From the NCBI GenBank assembly GCA_040404065.1, contig JBBAJM010000001.1: a stretch of DNA of 64,000 nt. One strand, given 5' to 3'. Shown here piece by piece: positions 37,195 to 47,140 of the stretch. Source of the DNA: Candidatus Fonsibacter sp. Lineage in GTDB: Bacteria > Pseudomonadota > Alphaproteobacteria > Pelagibacterales > Pelagibacteraceae. The position numbers and the translations under genes were made by a program. Within the stretch, counting starts at the first letter, position 1, and each line of letters begins with the position of its first letter. The notes under the pieces were generated by a model, which saw only the letters and a program-made list of their open reading frames with translations, was not told where the DNA came from and searched no databases.

Positions 37195-39925
37195 AATAAA
37201 TCTGCCTGCAACCTCATTTCCCATGAAGGCTAATTTGCCTGCAAAAGAGCCAGAGATAATTAAATTATGGGAGCAAATTAATCTTTACCAAGAATTAAGA
37301 TCTAATAGCAAAGGTCGAGAAAAATTTATTTTGCATGATGGCCCTCCCTATGCAAATGGACATATTCATATTGGAACAGCATTAAACAAAATTTTAAAAG
37401 ATATTGTTGTAAGATTTAATCAGATGACTGGGAAAGATGCACCTTATGTTCCAGGATGGGACTGCCATGGCCTACCGATAGAATGGAAAGTAGAAGAAGA
37501 GTATAAAAAAAAGGGAAAAAATAAAGATGCAGTCCCAGTTAATGAATTTAGAAAAGAATGCAGAGAGTTTGCGGAACATTGGATCGATATTCAAAAGCAA
37601 GAATTTAGCAGATTAGGTGTTAATGGGGACTGGAAGAATTACTACACTACCATGAGTAAATCTTCCGAGGCTCAAATAACAAGAGAAATTAGTAAATTTA
37701 TAGTTAATGGAGGATTGTACAGAGGGTTCAAACCAGTTTTATGGTCAGTAGTTGAGTCAACAGCATTAGCTGATGCAGAAGTTGAATATTATGATCATGT
37801 CTCAAATACAATTTATGCAAAATTTTTAATTAAATCTGGACCTGAAAAATTTATTAATAGCAGTGTAGTTATTTGGACGACAACTCCTTGGACTATTCCT
37901 TGTAACAGAGCTTTAGCTTTTAATAATAAAATTAATTACTCGCTTGTAAAAATTAATAATAATGAAAAAATTATTGTAGCAGAAAAATTATTAAACAAAG
38001 TTTTATCAGATTGTGCGATTAAGCAGTATGAAGTTATAGAAAATTTTTCAGGATTAGAATTAAAAAATATTATTTGTTACCATCCATTCAAAGACATCGG
38101 ATATACTTTTGATGTTCCAATGCTTGATGCAGCTTTTGTAAATTTAGAGCAAGGCACAGGAATTGTTCATTGTGCACCAAGTCATGGACCAGATGATTAT
38201 TATTTGTGTTTAAATAATAATATTCAAGCCTTCGATACAATTGATGACAAGGGACATTATACAAAAAATATTATTAAATTTACGGGAATTCATATTTTTA
38301 AAGCAGATGAAATAATTATTAATGAGTTGTCTAATTTATCCAAATTGTTAGGTAGGGATAAATTAAAGCATAGCTACCCGCATTCATGGAGATCTAAAGC
38401 ACCATTAGTTCATAGAGCCACACCGCAATGGTTTATTTCTATGGAAACAAATGATCTTAGAAAAAAATCTATAACGGCAATTGGTAATACAAAATTTTAT
38501 CCAGCCGTAGGACAAAATAGATTAAAATCAATGATCGAAACAAGACCTGATTGGTGCGTTTCTAGACAAAGAGTTTGGGGTGTGCCTTTACCAATATTTA
38601 TTTCAAAAAAAACAGGAAAACCTTTAACTGATGAAAGAATATTAGAGAATATATCAAAAATATTCGAGGACGAAGGTAGCGATTCTTGGTTTGTAAGAAA
38701 TCCACAAGATTTTTTAGGAAAAGATTATAACGCTGCAGATTATGAGCAAGTCAAAGATATCGTCGAGGTTTGGTTTGATAGTGGATCTACCCATAGTTAT
38801 GTCTTGGACAAAAGACCCGAACTTTCTTGGCCAGCAAATCTTTATTTAGAAGGATCAGATCAACACAGAGGATGGTTCCACTCTTCTTTGCTAGAATCTT
38901 GTGGCACCAGAGGAATGGCTCCATTTCAGAGTATTTTATGTCATGGATTTGTTGTTGATGGAAAAGGTCAAAAAATGTCTAAATCTTTGGGAAATGTAGT
39001 TGCACCAGAAGAAGTAATTAAAAATTTTGGTGCAGACATACTTAGATTGTGGGTTGTTGCGTCAGATTATTCAGAAGATTTAAAAATTGATAAAGCGATT
39101 TTAAATCAACATGCTGAGTCTTACAGAAAAATTAGAAATACTCTTAGATTTCTTTTAGGCAATCTAAATGATAAATTATTAAATGATGATTTTTCTAAAA
39201 TAGAATATTTAAAATTATCATCATTAGAAAAATATGTTTTAACTCAGATTTATGATTTAGATTTACGATTTAGAGATTATATAAAATCTTACAATTTTCA
39301 TAAAATATATGTTGAGTTATTAAATTTTTGTACTTTAGATTTATCAGCTTTTTATTTTGATATAAAAAAAGATATTCTTTATTGTGATAGTCGGGATAGC
39401 AAAAGAAGAAATTACTGTTTAGAAGTATTAAATGTTCTTACTAATTTTTTACTCAAATGGTTCTCGCCAATTCTAGCGTTTACAGCAGAAGAGGCTTATC
39501 AGGTAATTCAAAATAAAGATTCTAAGAGTATTCATTTGCAAGATTTTCCAATTATACCTTTGGTTTGGAGTAATTCTGAGGTTAAAGATAAGTGGAGCGG
39601 AATAAAAAAAATAAAACAAGTTGTTAACGCAGCCATAGAAGATGTTAGAAATAAAAAAATTATTGGTTCTAGTTTAGAAGCTAATGTTTTTGTTTATTTA
39701 AAAGATGAATATTTAAATCTTATTAAAGAAGAAGACTTGAGTGAGATTTTTATATGTTCAGAAGCTAAGGCGTTAAATTACAACAATCTAAATGATCTTT
39801 TTTCTTTAAAAGATATTGAAGGCGTGGCTGTTAGAATATCTAAAGCTCAAGGAAAAAAATGTCCTCGTTGTTGGAAAATTTTAGAAAATCCATGCGATAG
39901 AGATATTTGTGGATTAAAAAATTGA
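37181..39925 (+). CDS. ileS: Isoleucyl-tRNA synthetase (type 1)
   Basis: HDGPPYANG-HIGH-like HIHIGT, PGWDCHGLP, WTTTPWT, DWCVSRQR.WG, EGSDQHRGWF, KMSKS, C-terminal CPRCW. Confidence 0.98.
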   Translation: MSEIKINLPATSFPMKANLPAKEPEIIKLWEQINLYQELRSNSKGREKFILHDGPPYANGHIHIGTALNKILKDIVVRFNQMTGKDAPYVPGWDCHGLPIEWKVEEEYKKKGKNKDAVPVNEFRKECREFAEHWIDIQKQEFSRLGVNGDWKNYYTTMSKSSEAQITREISKFIVNGGLYRGFKPVLWSVVESTALADAEVEYYDHVSNTIYAKFLIKSGPEKFINSSVVIWTTTPWTIPCNRALAFNNKINYSLVKINNNEKIIVAEKLLNKVLSDCAIKQYEVIENFSGLELKNIICYHPFKDIGYTFDVPMLDAAFVNLEQGTGIVHCAPSHGPDDYYLCLNNNIQAFDTIDDKGHYTKNIIKFTGIHIFKADEIIINELSNLSKLLGRDKLKHSYPHSWRSKAPLVHRATPQWFISMETNDLRKKSITAIGNTKFYPAVGQNRLKSMIETRPDWCVSRQRVWGVPLPIFISKKTGKPLTDERILENISKIFEDEGSDSWFVRNPQDFLGKDYNAADYEQVKDIVEVWFDSGSTHSYVLDKRPELSWPANLYLEGSDQHRGWFHSSLLESCGTRGMAPFQSILCHGFVVDGKGQKMSKSLGNVVAPEEVIKNFGADILRLWVVASDYSEDLKIDKAILNQHAESYRKIRNTLRFLLGNLNDKLLNDDFSKIEYLKLSSLEKYVLTQIYDLDLRFRDYIKSYNFHKIYVELLNFCTLDLSAFYFDIKKDILYCDSRDSKRRNYCLEVLNVLTNFLLKWFSPILAFTAEEAYQVIQNKDSKSIHLQDFPIIPLVWSNSEVKDKWSGIKKIKQVVNAAIEDVRNKKIIGSSLEANVFVYLKDEYLNLIKEEDLSEIFICSEAKALNYNNLNDLFSLKDIEGVAVRISKAQGKKCPRCWKILENPCDRDICGLKN

Positions 39926-39926
39926 T

Positions 39927-40406
39927 ATGCTGAGTAAAAAAAAATTATATTTATTTATCTCTATATTTATTTTATTTGCAATAGATAGAGTTTCAAAAAT
40001 CTTAATTTTAAAAAATCTTTCAAACAATTCTTCTTCAGAAATTTATATTAATTCTTTTCTTAATTTTTCTTTAGCCTGGAACAATGGAATTGGTTTTGGA
40101 ATATTACAGATAGAACATTTTTTTTTTTACATGATCATCTCAATAATAATAACTATGATTAATTTTGCTCTTATTTATTGGATGTTGGCTTCATCAAATT
40201 ATTTAGAGTCAATTTTCGTATCTATAATTCTAGGAGGATCTCTCGGAAATTTATTTGATAGATATTATTATAATGCAGTCCCAGATTTTATAGATCTTCA
40301 CTATGAGAGTTTTCACTGGTTTACTTTTAATATTGCTGATATTTTTATAACTATTGGAATTATTGGTTTAGTAATAATTGATCTTTTTAAAATAAAAAAG
40401 AAATGA
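39927..40406 (+). CDS. lspA: Lipoprotein signal peptidase II
   Basis: WNNGIGFG, GGSLGNLFDR, VPDFID, FNIADI; follows ileS. Confidence 0.95.
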   Translation: MLSKKKLYLFISIFILFAIDRVSKILILKNLSNNSSSEIYINSFLNFSLAWNNGIGFGILQIEHFFFYMIISIIITMINFALIYWMLASSNYLESIFVSIILGGSLGNLFDRYYYNAVPDFIDLHYESFHWFTFNIADIFITIGIIGLVIIDLFKIKKK

Positions 40407-40738
40407 AAAAAAAATTAAGTTTATTCATATTAATAGTCTTATTAAGTTCTTGTGAGAATGTAAGAAAAGGAATGGGAGTTCAAAAAGATGTTCCCGATGA
40501 ATTCTTAATTGAAAAAAGAAGCCCACTAGTAATGCCTCCTAATTTTGATTTATTGCCCCCCGATTCTGTTACTGCTCTAGACAACAAACAAGATGTAAAA
40601 AAAGATGAGAAAGATAGTTTAAAAGAAATGTTTAATAAAAATTTAGAGAGCAAGGAAAAAGAAAAGAATATTGAATCTAATAAGAAAGAAATTAGTACTG
40701 GATCTTTAGAAAAAAGTATTCTTGATAAGGTTAGATAG
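40403..40738 (+). CDS. DUF3035-like lipoprotein
   Basis: Lipobox LLSSC and PDEFLIEKRSPLVMPPNFDLLPP motif. Confidence 0.75.
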   Translation: MKKKLSLFILIVLLSSCENVRKGMGVQKDVPDEFLIEKRSPLVMPPNFDLLPPDSVTALDNKQDVKKDEKDSLKEMFNKNLESKEKEKNIESNKKEISTGSLEKSILDKVR

Positions 40739-40742
40739 TTTA

Positions 40743-41930
40743 ATGAAAATTAACTTCTTTAATACCGTCAATAAAATTAGCGCGTCTCACAAAAAAAATA
40801 TTAACACATGCTTTAATATTTTTAATGATTTAATTAAAAATAAAGAAAATTTTTTTTTAGATACTTTATCGGATAATTATCAAAAAAATATTCATTTAAA
40901 AAAATTAATTTTAAAAAAAAAATTAAATAAAAATATCCTAATTATAGGAATGGGCGGTTCTGTTCTTGGCTCAAAAATGATTTCTTCTTTCTTTGGTTTA
41001 GATAAAAATTATTTTTTTTTAGATAACTTAAATAAAGAATTAATTAACGACTTAATAAAAAAAGATTTAACTAAATTTTCAATTTTTGTCATATCAAAAT
41101 CTGGAACAACTTTAGAAACTTTATCAAATTGTAATATTATTTTAGATAATTTTAAAAAGAAAAAGAAAGATATATCTAAAAATTTTATAATTATTTCCGA
41201 AAGAAATAATGAATTATTTAATTTTGCAAAAAAGAATGACCTCAATTTTTTTGAGCACAATATTAATTTAAGCGGTAGGTATTCTGTTTTATCCGAGACA
41301 GGTTTATTAATGTTTAATCTTGATTATAAAAAAATTATTCATGGAATTAATTTAGTTTTAAAGAAAGATTTAAAAGATTTTTTAATTAAAAATACAGCAT
41401 CCTTGCTAGCTTTAGTTAAAGGGCCTAAAATAGATACTCATGTTTCGCTTATTTATTCAAAAGAATTATTAAATTACGGTTATTGGCATCAACAGTTATT
41501 AGCAGAAAGCATTGGAAAAAACGGTAGGGATTTTACTCCTATTATATCGGAGTGCCCGAAAGATCATCATAGTATTATGCAGCTTTATTTAGACGGAAAA
41601 AAAAATAAATTTTTTACATTTATTAAAATGATCAATAATAAAAATGATAATTCTATAAAAGACTATTTTAACCAAGGATTAAAAACGGGTAATACCATAA
41701 ATAAGATTATAGATGCACAATTCAATGCAACAATTAATGTTTTTAAAAAAAAATTAATTCCATTTAGAGTTATTCTTGTTGATGCAAATAAACCCACAGA
41801 AAGCCTTATTTCTTTATTGACCTACTCTATGTTAGAAACCGCCATTTTGTGCAAAGCTTTAAATGTTAATCCCTTTAATCAACCTGCTGTGCAATTGATA
41901 AAAACAGAAACTTATTCTATTTTAAGTTAA
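40743..41930 (+). CDS. pgi: Glucose-6-phosphate isomerase-like SIS protein (short form)
   Basis: IGMGGS.LG, SKSGTTLET, GRYSV, QQLLAES.GK, DHHS.MQL, FNQPAV..IK. ATG 40743 is preferred over TTG 40722. Confidence 0.8.
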   Translation: MKINFFNTVNKISASHKKNINTCFNIFNDLIKNKENFFLDTLSDNYQKNIHLKKLILKKKLNKNILIIGMGGSVLGSKMISSFFGLDKNYFFLDNLNKELINDLIKKDLTKFSIFVISKSGTTLETLSNCNIILDNFKKKKKDISKNFIIISERNNELFNFAKKNDLNFFEHNINLSGRYSVLSETGLLMFNLDYKKIIHGINLVLKKDLKDFLIKNTASLLALVKGPKIDTHVSLIYSKELLNYGYWHQQLLAESIGKNGRDFTPIISECPKDHHSIMQLYLDGKKNKFFTFIKMINNKNDNSIKDYFNQGLKTGNTINKIIDAQFNATINVFKKKLIPFRVILVDANKPTESLISLLTYSMLETAILCKALNVNPFNQPAVQLIKTETYSILS

Positions 41931-42488
41931 ATTTAATTTTGCAAAATAAATTTTTGAGACTCCATAAATTCTTTCCTCAATAATATTTAGCTCATCATTT
42001 ACAATATTATTTTCAGAGTTTGTATGAATAACTAATATATTGTTCTTATTAATAATTTTTTTTAGATCATTTATTATATCGTCAATATTTTTGACCTTAA
42101 AAGGAGGATCTAAGAATATTAAATTAGGTTTAATTTTGTTAAATAAATTATTGTTCTTAATTAACAAAACATCCTCATTAATAGCAACGGCACTCTCACT
42201 TAGGATATTCAAAACATTAAGATTTTTTTTCAAAATTATAAATGCTTCTGAACTTTTTTCAAAAAAAAAAACTTTCTCCACCTCTCTTGATAAACATTCT
42301 AACCCAAAAGAGCCAGATCCAGAAAAAAGATCTAAAACTATAGAATTTTTAAATTGAAATTGAATTTTATTAGAATGCTGCAGTATATTAAAAATACTTT
42401 CTTTTACTCTATCTCTCAAAGGTCTTGTAATTAATTTACTAGGAAAAAGTATTTTTTTTCCTTTATATTTTCCTGATATGATCCTCAT
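41922..42488 (-). CDS. rsmD: 16S rRNA m2G966 methyltransferase
   Basis: MRIISGKYKG, TRP...RVKESIFN, LDLFSGSG..GLE..SR, FLDPPF. Confidence 0.93.
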   Translation of the reverse strand: MRIISGKYKGKKILFPSKLITRPLRDRVKESIFNILQHSNKIQFQFKNSIVLDLFSGSGSFGLECLSREVEKVFFFEKSSEAFIILKKNLNVLNILSESAVAINEDVLLIKNNNLFNKIKPNLIFLDPPFKVKNIDDIINDLKKIINKNNILVIHTNSENNIVNDELNIIEERIYGVSKIYFAKLNLT

Positions 42489-43203
42489 ATAGTTCCATTT
42501 CTTTTTCTTCTGCTTTCTCTATTTTTCCAGGTAGTAATTTTTTAAGTTTAAAGGGTCCATATTCTAAGCGAATAAGTTTGTTAACTTTAAGATTGATAGC
42601 GGAACATAAATTTCTGATTTCATTATTTTTACCTTCTTGCATCTGGAATTCTAGCCAAGAATTTGCATTCCCTTCTTTTAAAAATTTATATTCAAAAGGA
42701 GCATACCGCACATTTTTTATTTTTATTCCTTTACTAATTTTATTAAGAGCATTTTCATCAATGTATCCATAAACTCTAACTTTATATTTTCTAATAAATT
42801 TATTTTTAGGTAATTCTAGATTTCTAATAATTTCACCATCGTCCGTTAATAACAAAAGTCCTTCAGAATTAATATCTAGCCTGCCAACAGTTTTTATTTT
42901 TTTTAGATTAAAAGGCAAAAGCTCATATATAATTGGCCTGTCATCCTGTTTATTTCTGGATGTAATGTAATTTATTGGTTTATAAAATTTCCATACTTCC
43001 ATTTTTTTATAAAGATTAATTTTTTGATTATTTAATATTATTTCGTCTTGATCGTTTACAAAAGTAATAGGAGATTTAATAATTTCTTTATTAACAATAA
43101 TTTTATTTTTTAAAATTAATTGCTCTATTTCTCGTCTTGAGCCATATCCTTTGGACGATAAAAATTTAGCTATTCTAGTTTTTTTTTGGTAATCATTATT
43201 CAT
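42463..43203 (-). CDS. rRNA pseudouridine synthase, RsuA/RluB family
   Basis: S4 domain RIAKFL...SRR, KP.NYITS, VGRLDINSEGLLLLT (catalytic Asp), EGKNNEIR. Confidence 0.9.
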   Translation of the reverse strand: MNNDYQKKTRIAKFLSSKGYGSRREIEQLILKNKIIVNKEIIKSPITFVNDQDEIILNNQKINLYKKMEVWKFYKPINYITSRNKQDDRPIIYELLPFNLKKIKTVGRLDINSEGLLLLTDDGEIIRNLELPKNKFIRKYKVRVYGYIDENALNKISKGIKIKNVRYAPFEYKFLKEGNANSWLEFQMQEGKNNEIRNLCSAINLKVNKLIRLEYGPFKLKKLLPGKIEKAEEKEMELYEDHIRKI

Positions 43204-43204
43204 A

Positions 43205-43666
43205 ATGAATGGTCAGATTGATATTTATACTAATTTACTTTTAAAATTATCAAAAAAAGCTCTTAAGTTGGGAGAACTTCCGGTTAGCGCAATTGTTGTT
43301 AATCCAATTACAAAGAAAGTCATATCAGCTTGCATAAATCAGACTAAAAATAAGAAAAACCCTATTTTGCATGCCGAGATTAACGCTATTACAAAAGCTT
43401 TAAAATTATCAAATTTAGAAAGATTAGATAAATTTGATCTTTATTGTTCATTAGAACCCTGCGCTATGTGCACCTCTGCTATTTCTCTTTCTAGAATTAG
43501 AAGAGTCTATTTTTGTTTGGAGGACAAAAAATCTGGAGGTTTTATTAGCGGTCCTAAATTGATTTATTCTAAAAATTTACATCATAAACCCAAATTTTAT
43601 TATGGTTTTAAAGAGACAGCTTTTTTAGCTTTAATGAAAAATTTTTTTAAAAAAAAACGTAATTAA
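43205..43666 (+). CDS. tadA: tRNA adenosine(34) deaminase
   Basis: GELPVSAIVV, HAE, LEPCAMC zinc motif. Confidence 0.85.
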   Translation: MNGQIDIYTNLLLKLSKKALKLGELPVSAIVVNPITKKVISACINQTKNKKNPILHAEINAITKALKLSNLERLDKFDLYCSLEPCAMCTSAISLSRIRRVYFCLEDKKSGGFISGPKLIYSKNLHHKPKFYYGFKETAFLALMKNFFKKKRN

Positions 43667-44928
43667 TTATTGATGGCTCTCCAGCCAATATCTTTTCTAA
43701 AGTATTTATCTTTCCAGTTAATTTTTTTTAACATTTTAATACATACGTTTCTTGCTGACCTAAGGTCTTTATTTAAAGCTGTAGAATTTAAAACTCTACC
43801 TCCAGAAGAATAAATTTTATTATTTTTTTTGAATGTAGCAGCATGGAATATATATTGATTATTATTAATCTTTATATTTTCTAAATTTTTTATTTCAGAT
43901 ATTTGATCTTTTTTATTTGGATATCCTTTTGATGACGCAACAATTGTCATTGCTTTTTTCTTGCTCCAATTAATAGCGATTTTATTTATTTGCTTGTTCT
44001 TACAAGCTAATATTATTTTTAATAAATCTGTTTTTAATCTCATCATTAATACTTGGCACTCAGGATCTCCTAATCGAATATTATATTCAATAAGTTTAGG
44101 TTGGTTATCTTTAATAATAAGACCAGCATATAAAACACCTACAAAGGGACATCCCATTTTTTTTAGTCCTTTTAATGTAGGTTCGATAATTTGTTTTTTT
44201 ATTTTTTCTTCTACCTGTTCATTAATAATATTTGAAGGAGAATAAGCACCCATTCCTCCAGTATTAGGACCTGTGTCACCTTCACCTATTCTTTTGTGAT
44301 CTTGAGCGGTTCCAAAGAATTTATAACTTTTGCCATCTGACAATATAAAATAACTAGCTTCTTCACCTGATAAAAATTCTTCAACAACAAATTTTTTTGA
44401 ACTTTTAAATTTACCTTTATTAATTGCTTTACATTTTTGTAGAGCTGCTTTTTTATTCTTACAAATAAAAACCCCTTTTCCCGAGGCTAGTCCATCAGCT
44501 TTTATAACTATAGGAGTATTCATATTATCAATATATTTTTTAACTCCTTTCATACTATTAAAAGATTTATAATCTGCAGTAGGTATTTTATATTTTTTAC
44601 AAAGTAATTTTGTAAAAGATTTAGATTTTTCTAGTCTCGAAGCAGCTTTAGATGGACCAAAAATAAAAAAACCCTTTTTTTCTAAGTAATCTTTAATTCC
44701 ATTTACCAAAGGGACTTCAGGACCAACAAATACTATTTTTGTATTATTATTTTTTAAAAAATTTGAAATATCTTTAAAATTTAAAACATCAATATTAACA
44801 TTTTGAGCTATTTTGCTAGTTCCAGCATTACCCGGAAAACAAAATATTTTATTTATTTTTTTTGATTGTCTAAGTTTAAAACAAACAGAATGTTCTCTTC
44901 CACCGCTTCCTATAACAGCTATGTTCAT
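43663..44928 (-). CDS. purD: Phosphoribosylamine-glycine ligase
   Basis: IGSGGREH, PGNAG, VGPEVPL, KADGLASGKGV, QDHKR, DTGPNTGGMGAY, EYN.RLGDPE. Confidence 0.97.
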   Translation of the reverse strand: MNIAVIGSGGREHSVCFKLRQSKKINKIFCFPGNAGTSKIAQNVNIDVLNFKDISNFLKNNNTKIVFVGPEVPLVNGIKDYLEKKGFFIFGPSKAASRLEKSKSFTKLLCKKYKIPTADYKSFNSMKGVKKYIDNMNTPIVIKADGLASGKGVFICKNKKAALQKCKAINKGKFKSSKKFVVEEFLSGEEASYFILSDGKSYKFFGTAQDHKRIGEGDTGPNTGGMGAYSPSNIINEQVEEKIKKQIIEPTLKGLKKMGCPFVGVLYAGLIIKDNQPKLIEYNIRLGDPECQVLMMRLKTDLLKIILACKNKQINKIAINWSKKKAMTIVASSKGYPNKKDQISEIKNLENIKINNNQYIFHAATFKKNNKIYSSGGRVLNSTALNKDLRSARNVCIKMLKKINWKDKYFRKDIGWRAINN

Positions 44929-44955
44929 ATAATAATATAGGTATATAAATTGATA

Positions 44956-46143
44956 ATGAAAAATATTCCAGAATTTTCTGTCTCAGAAATAACATCTTTA
45001 ACAAAAAATATTTTAGAGGAGAATTTCGAAAGAATTAGAGTCAGAGGTGAGGTTTCTAAAATAAAAGAAAGTAAGGGTCATCTTTATTTTTCATTAAAAG
45101 ATGAAAACTTTCTATTGAATGCTATTTGCTGGTCGAGTTCGGTGCCATTTTTACAAATTTTTCCAGAAGAAGGAATGGAAGTAGTTGCTGAAGGAAAAAT
45201 TACAACCTATGCGAAAAGTAGCATTTCTAGTTACCAAATTAAAGTTGATCAGATTGAACTACAAGGCGAAGGTGCAATACTAAAATTGATTGAGCAAAGA
45301 AAAAAAAAATTACAGGCTGAAGGTTATTTTAATGAAGAGCACAAAAAGCCCATACCATTTATTCCTGATAAAATTGGAATAATTACCTCCCCAACTGGAG
45401 CTGTAATAATGGATATTATTAATAGGGTAAAGCATAGGTATCCAACTCATCTTTTAATTTATCCAATTTCTGTTCAAGGAAATAAGTCGGCGGGGGAAAT
45501 TGTTGAGGGAATAAATTTTTTTAACAAAAATATTGAAGTTAATACTATAATAATTGCACGAGGAGGAGGTGGAGCCGAAGATTTACTTTCATTTAACGAT
45601 GAGAGTGTAGTTAAAGCCGCATTCTCTAGTAAAATACCAATCATATCAGCAATTGGCCATGAAACTGATTTTACTCTTTTGGATTTTGTCGCTGATTATA
45701 GAGCATCAACACCAACAGCTGCTGCTGAGAAAGCCGTTCCAGAAAAAAGTAATTTAATCGAAAAGATTCGGGGATTAAAGAAACAATTAATTTCTAATTT
45801 TAGTTTATTATTACAAGAAAAAGATAAATCTATTTACCAATTAGTAAAATTTTTAGATATTAAGAATTTAAAGAATTTTATCAAAGATAAGAAAGATAAA
45901 ATTAAACTTATTGATAAATCTCTTTTAAATTTATTAAAAAATAAATTTAAATATTTAGATTTAAATTTAAATGGTGTTTTTTCTAGGTTAAGTAGTTTAG
46001 ACACCAATAAAATTTTAAAAAGAGGTTTTTCAATTGTAAGGGATTTAAATAGTAATATTGTTTATAAAAAAAATAAAATTAACAAAAATGATGATGTTGT
46101 AATTGAATTATCGGATGGAAAAATAAAAGCTAAAATTACTTAA
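44956..46143 (+). CDS. xseA: Exodeoxyribonuclease VII large subunit
   Basis: FSVSEIT, V.GEVS, GHLYFSLKD, ITSPTGAVI.DI, ARGGGGAEDL..FN, SAIGHETD, TPTAAAE. Confidence 0.95.
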   Translation: MKNIPEFSVSEITSLTKNILEENFERIRVRGEVSKIKESKGHLYFSLKDENFLLNAICWSSSVPFLQIFPEEGMEVVAEGKITTYAKSSISSYQIKVDQIELQGEGAILKLIEQRKKKLQAEGYFNEEHKKPIPFIPDKIGIITSPTGAVIMDIINRVKHRYPTHLLIYPISVQGNKSAGEIVEGINFFNKNIEVNTIIIARGGGGAEDLLSFNDESVVKAAFSSKIPIISAIGHETDFTLLDFVADYRASTPTAAAEKAVPEKSNLIEKIRGLKKQLISNFSLLLQEKDKSIYQLVKFLDIKNLKNFIKDKKDKIKLIDKSLLNLLKNKFKYLDLNLNGVFSRLSSLDTNKILKRGFSIVRDLNSNIVYKKNKINKNDDVVIELSDGKIKAKIT

Positions 46144-46152
46144 AAATATTTT

Positions 46153-46344
46153 ATGAAAGAAGCAAAATTAAAATTTAAACCAGGAAATTTTGAAATTATT
46201 TCACAAGGAGATTATGTTACATGCAAAGTATCTGGGAAAAAAATAAACCTTTCCGAGCTTAGATATTGGAATGTCGAATTGCAAGAGCCTTACTTTTCTT
46301 ATGTCGAAGCAACTGAAAGATTTAAAGAGTTAAACAAAAAATAG
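46153..46344 (+). CDS. DUF2093-family small protein
   Basis: F.II..GDYV.C.VSG..I.L.ELRYWNVELQEPY pattern. Confidence 0.75.
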   Translation: MKEAKLKFKPGNFEIISQGDYVTCKVSGKKINLSELRYWNVELQEPYFSYVEATERFKELNKK

Positions 46345-47136
46345 ATGTATTTTTTAATTTTATTTTTTTTACTTTTTCCTTTTCAATTAGCAAATGCTTT
46401 TGAATTGAATAACGAAATAACTCAAGGCGCACTTATCGTTGGCAAAGAGCTACCTGACAGATCTATTTATGTTAATAAAAAACAAATAAAAATATCAAAA
46501 GATGGAATTTTTGTTTTTGGTATTAATTACAATCAAACAGGAAGTGTTGTTATTGATTCAATAGATCGAGATAACAAAATTACCTCTATGACTTATAAAA
46601 TAAAAAAAAGACAGTACAAGATTCAGAAAATAGAAGGCCTAGATGAAAAAATGGTCACTCCTGATTATGAATCTTTAAAAATAATTAAAAAAGAAAATGA
46701 ACTAATTAAAAATGCTCAATTAGTTAACTCAGATTTTACATTTTTTTATTCAGGCTTTAGCAAACCAGTAGATGGGCCAATTTCAGGAGTTTATGGAAGT
46801 CAAAGAATATTAAATGGGAAACCTCGCTCACCTCATTTTGGGATTGATTTTTCAGTTCCTAGAGGAACAGAGATTAAATCTCCAGCAGATGGATATGTAA
46901 GTCTTGCTGAGAAAGGTTTTTATTTTACAGGAGGAAGCATTGTTTTAGATCATGGACATGGTGTGTCTACAATTTATGCTCATTTAGACGAAATATTAGT
47001 AAAAAAAAACGAATTTATTAAAAAGGGTCAGGTAATCGGAAAAGTTGGCTCAACTGGAAGAGCAACAGGACCTCATTTGCATTTTGGAGTTAATTGGTTT
47101 GATACTAAAATTGATCCGCAGCTAATTTTAAAATAG
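46345..47136 (+). CDS. M23-family metallopeptidase (peptidoglycan hydrolase), secreted
   Basis: Signal peptide; HxxxD (HFGID) and HxH (PHLHF); SGVYGSQR, GRATGPH. Confidence 0.9.
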   Translation: MYFLILFFLLFPFQLANAFELNNEITQGALIVGKELPDRSIYVNKKQIKISKDGIFVFGINYNQTGSVVIDSIDRDNKITSMTYKIKKRQYKIQKIEGLDEKMVTPDYESLKIIKKENELIKNAQLVNSDFTFFYSGFSKPVDGPISGVYGSQRILNGKPRSPHFGIDFSVPRGTEIKSPADGYVSLAEKGFYFTGGSIVLDHGHGVSTIYAHLDEILVKKNEFIKKGQVIGKVGSTGRATGPHLHFGVNWFDTKIDPQLILK

Positions 47137-47140
47137 TATT

